Below are positions 63,401 to 64,000 of a stretch of 64,000 nucleotides of DNA, piece after piece. The DNA is from Oopsacas minuta (lineage: Eukaryota > Animalia > Porifera), in contig JAKMXF010000233.1 of NCBI GenBank assembly GCA_024704765.1, positions 372,001 through 436,000 on the forward strand, given 5' to 3'. Positions within the stretch are counted from its first letter, which is position 1, and each line of letters starts with the position of its first letter. Made by a program: the position numbers and the translations under genes. Under the pieces are notes generated by a model, which ran no database searches, was not told the DNA's origin, and saw only the letters and a list, made by a program, of their open reading frames with translations.

Positions 63401-64000
63401 CCTATATAGAAATAAATATGTACAAATAAATACAAATGAACATCAAAATATATTCTCCTTACCCCTAACCAACTAATTTCCCTTTCACTACAGTGGTACC
63501 TGTATTGTACGACCCCTGCCATGAGCGACCACATTTGTCGGAACGCCAGGTGGTCGTACAAGGCAGGTACCACTGTATTAACATGGATATATTATACACG
63601 TCTAAATACCTTGATAATGATGCTACTCTTATAAACTGGGTCATCAGCACACATAGGATACTATAATATAATATATATATGTTTGTTTGTTTGTTTATTC
63701 ATTCGTTTATTACTTACCATTAATAGGGTATTCATTAATGTATATTCCACTACTATCACCCCATAATAGATGGAATTGAATCAGGTCTATATCTTCACTA
63801 AAAACCACAACTGGAGGATCACATTCAATTAGCATAGAAGATATCCAATTAGCATTCCGTATGGCATTCCCGTTGCTATACAGGTATATACAGGAGTATT
63901 GGAATCCTAGTATGGGTTCTGGCGCATTAACAGTAAATAGTCCCAATACGTCTGTAGTGTTATCTCCACTATGAACGGATAGTTCTATAGTTTCAGTAAT
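51489..64000 (-). CDS. PLXN: Plexin: IPT domains, TM, split GAP domain with RBD insert; 5' part lies outside the window
   Basis: Exons include >64000-63718, about 63660-63610, about 63401-63255, 62871-62616 (TM and LESNIAKECK), 56410-56265 (GFAELQVE..IPF.DF..Y), 56065-55926, 55536-55396, 55016-about 54812, about 53985-53854, 53794-53523 (WRRINTLRHY), 53190-53062, about 53000-52917, 52813-52541 (NNSLVLRFWVNLLKNP), 52237-52193, 52118-51981 (DSPANKLLFAKD), 51741-51661 and 51599-51489. Confidence 0.92.
54230..54661 (+). CDS. LTO1: LTO1/ORAOV1 (Yae1_N, deca-GX3) ABCE1 maturation factor, nested antisense in a plexin intron
   Basis: DLFDTILFSDER..QG..DG..QG.....G..EG...GEIGFYSG aligns with ORAOV1. 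The C-terminal helix IRNEFKII.S also matches. 143 aa, intronless. Confidence 0.8.
   Translation: MAEVSTGRSCNEIDLFDTILFSDERSKSQGQSDGERQGKRGATMKSFSEGLKEGSDLAGEIGFYSGMCEGLLANRAQLEDRYTDKAWSKVIKLLDSIVQFEIRVKEDGIELEDSVIQIRNEFKIIVSKFKLPINFKKSELNEL
56780..58738 (+). CDS. Coiled-coil plus NHL propeller protein with an in-frame Gly/Thr-rich FG-like insert, 652 aa, nested in a plexin intron
   Basis: Intronless. First blade QLSSPSSIDIDK..FVYITDTNNSRIQIF, with later blades resuming after the repeat (IPRTFSIDSQCNVILL, GIVDICADSNFDIVLL). Confidence 0.82.
   Translation: MALMRDNCDSKLEILRWIEIQKNILSQDVQFMRDVITARSDEITQELNQCFIDYEQECERLDAMVKLKNFTLEGQNLGNDYYQENMFETQSKIEELKGKLSLDTSFAKNQHLSFDRVKFENMLKENMYIKTPLEKKYKNKHDIIWEKSKKGSLRTQLSSPSSIDIDKTNNFVYITDTNNSRIQIFTEAGDHYSTLLLPDTFYPLRMKVKESAVYIYGKDNDNFYMAICKRFINTVVPNNSDFKTFECIQELVTFDVSDVNNHKSVIFTPRMFQKKPTMFEVNSSKVFGYLANKFHVVMDMDINLHESTGLNFFGGGSTGTGLFGGTTNSRSSTLNFGGASGGLGGTTVPFGGTTGGLRGTTGGLGGTTSGFGGTTSGFGGKTGGLGGTTGGFGGTTGGLGGTTSGFGGTTGGLGGTTSGFGGFGSTTGGLGGTTGGFGGTTGGLGLTTAGLGGTTCPFGTTTGGFGGTTGGLGLTTAGFDGTVGGFGATSIFSSQEKNKYIYLKSIYLGDKTQAIEIQTLHTHKSQTLLYILYKYCKFAVLVFDVFGICLKGIVQMDTSKIPRTFSIDSQCNVILLTGENDNENANNTLRLNVDVEKTTELSVYTPNGCDVLYSNTLHEDPDGIVDICADSNFDIVLLFSEGAEEGGMIRKY
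57700..58248 (+). repeat. Coding tandem repeat with a 21-nt unit, about 21 copies of GG(L/F)GGTT or SGFGGTT
   Basis: Alternating GGTGGTTTGGGTGGCACGACT and AGTGGCTTTGGTGGCACAACT units, plus duplicated higher-order blocks. Confidence 0.95.
58838..58991. mobile_element. MITE family A (pogo/Tigger-like, TA TSD), representative full copy
   Basis: TIR CAGTCAACTCC(G/T)GTTATATCGAA and internal GGTCCCAAACCGTCAAAG. Other copies at about 1620-1685, 2642-2760, 6215-6380, 7557-7805, 10185-10268, 11848-11967, 19859-19968, 20621-20730, 30390-30698, 36422-36621, 38380-38547, 51214-51295, 54080-54194, 54718-54780, 55565-55703 and 61153-61319. Confidence 0.85.
59248..62035 (-). CDS. Class C GPCR, GABA-B-type (signal peptide, Venus flytrap, 7TM, C-terminal coiled coil, no Cys-rich domain), about 812-817 aa
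   Basis: Exons 62035 (or 62020)-61345 and 61010-59248 join in frame. Motifs LGPACS, TYSSRSPAL, YLYDTMWALALAL, CQSRTWLL, FGGMLAKAGKFY and FLAYNLRKV. Tail coil LEMRIQALVRDNETMKREL. Confidence 0.9.
62431..62539. mobile_element. MITE family D (hAT/Charlie-like termini)
   Basis: Ends CAG.GGTTC(C/T)CAACC...GGGAACAGCTG, internal GTCCAC(G)GACGACAGCAG. Related copies at about 23008-23112, 26251-26350, 36040-36165, 53242-53325 and 29050-29260, with single ends at 9349, 20118, 52846 and 63122. No intact 8-bp TSD found in the four copies checked. Confidence 0.7.
63491..63575. mobile_element. 85-bp pogo/Tigger-like MITE in a plexin intron
   Basis: TIR CAGTGGTACCTG..TTGTACGACC with TA TSD. Confidence 0.8.

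Overview
AT-rich, gene-dense animal genomic DNA with short GT-AG introns, many of them enlarged by MITEs. My best guess is a sponge, probably a glass sponge such as Oopsacas; this is an inference from gene content and style, not a database match. Hand-spliced models give about 17 protein-coding genes, in order: the 3' end of an unknown gene; a RAF kinase; a secreted WIF-3xEGF-Ig protein with an acidic Ser-Gly tail; a BTB protein; two tandem NOVA-type KH genes; HACD; CARMIL, with two nested antisense genes (a coiled-coil/NHL protein and a small D/D-domain protein); a degenerate bromodomain/poly-Asn protein; an inverted second NHL copy; ABI; a single-pass TM-SH3 adaptor; and a plexin running off the right end, whose introns hold LTO1, a third NHL gene with a Gly/Thr FG-like insert, and a same-strand GABA-B-type GPCR. 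No rRNA, tRNA or CRISPR features were recognised. The strongest leads are: (1) the WIF-EGF-Ig putative proteoglycan; (2) the NHL pair with a near-invariant coil and a divergent propeller face; (3) the Fus1-like TM-SH3-NPxY-WIRS adaptor beside ABI and CARMIL; (4) a YCAY-rich 3' end conserved between the NOVA paralogues; (5) a 402-bp fold-back Mutator remnant whose target-site duplication copied a splice acceptor; and (6) RAF with Met at the BRAF V600 position. All exon coordinates were derived by hand and need RNA-seq confirmation.
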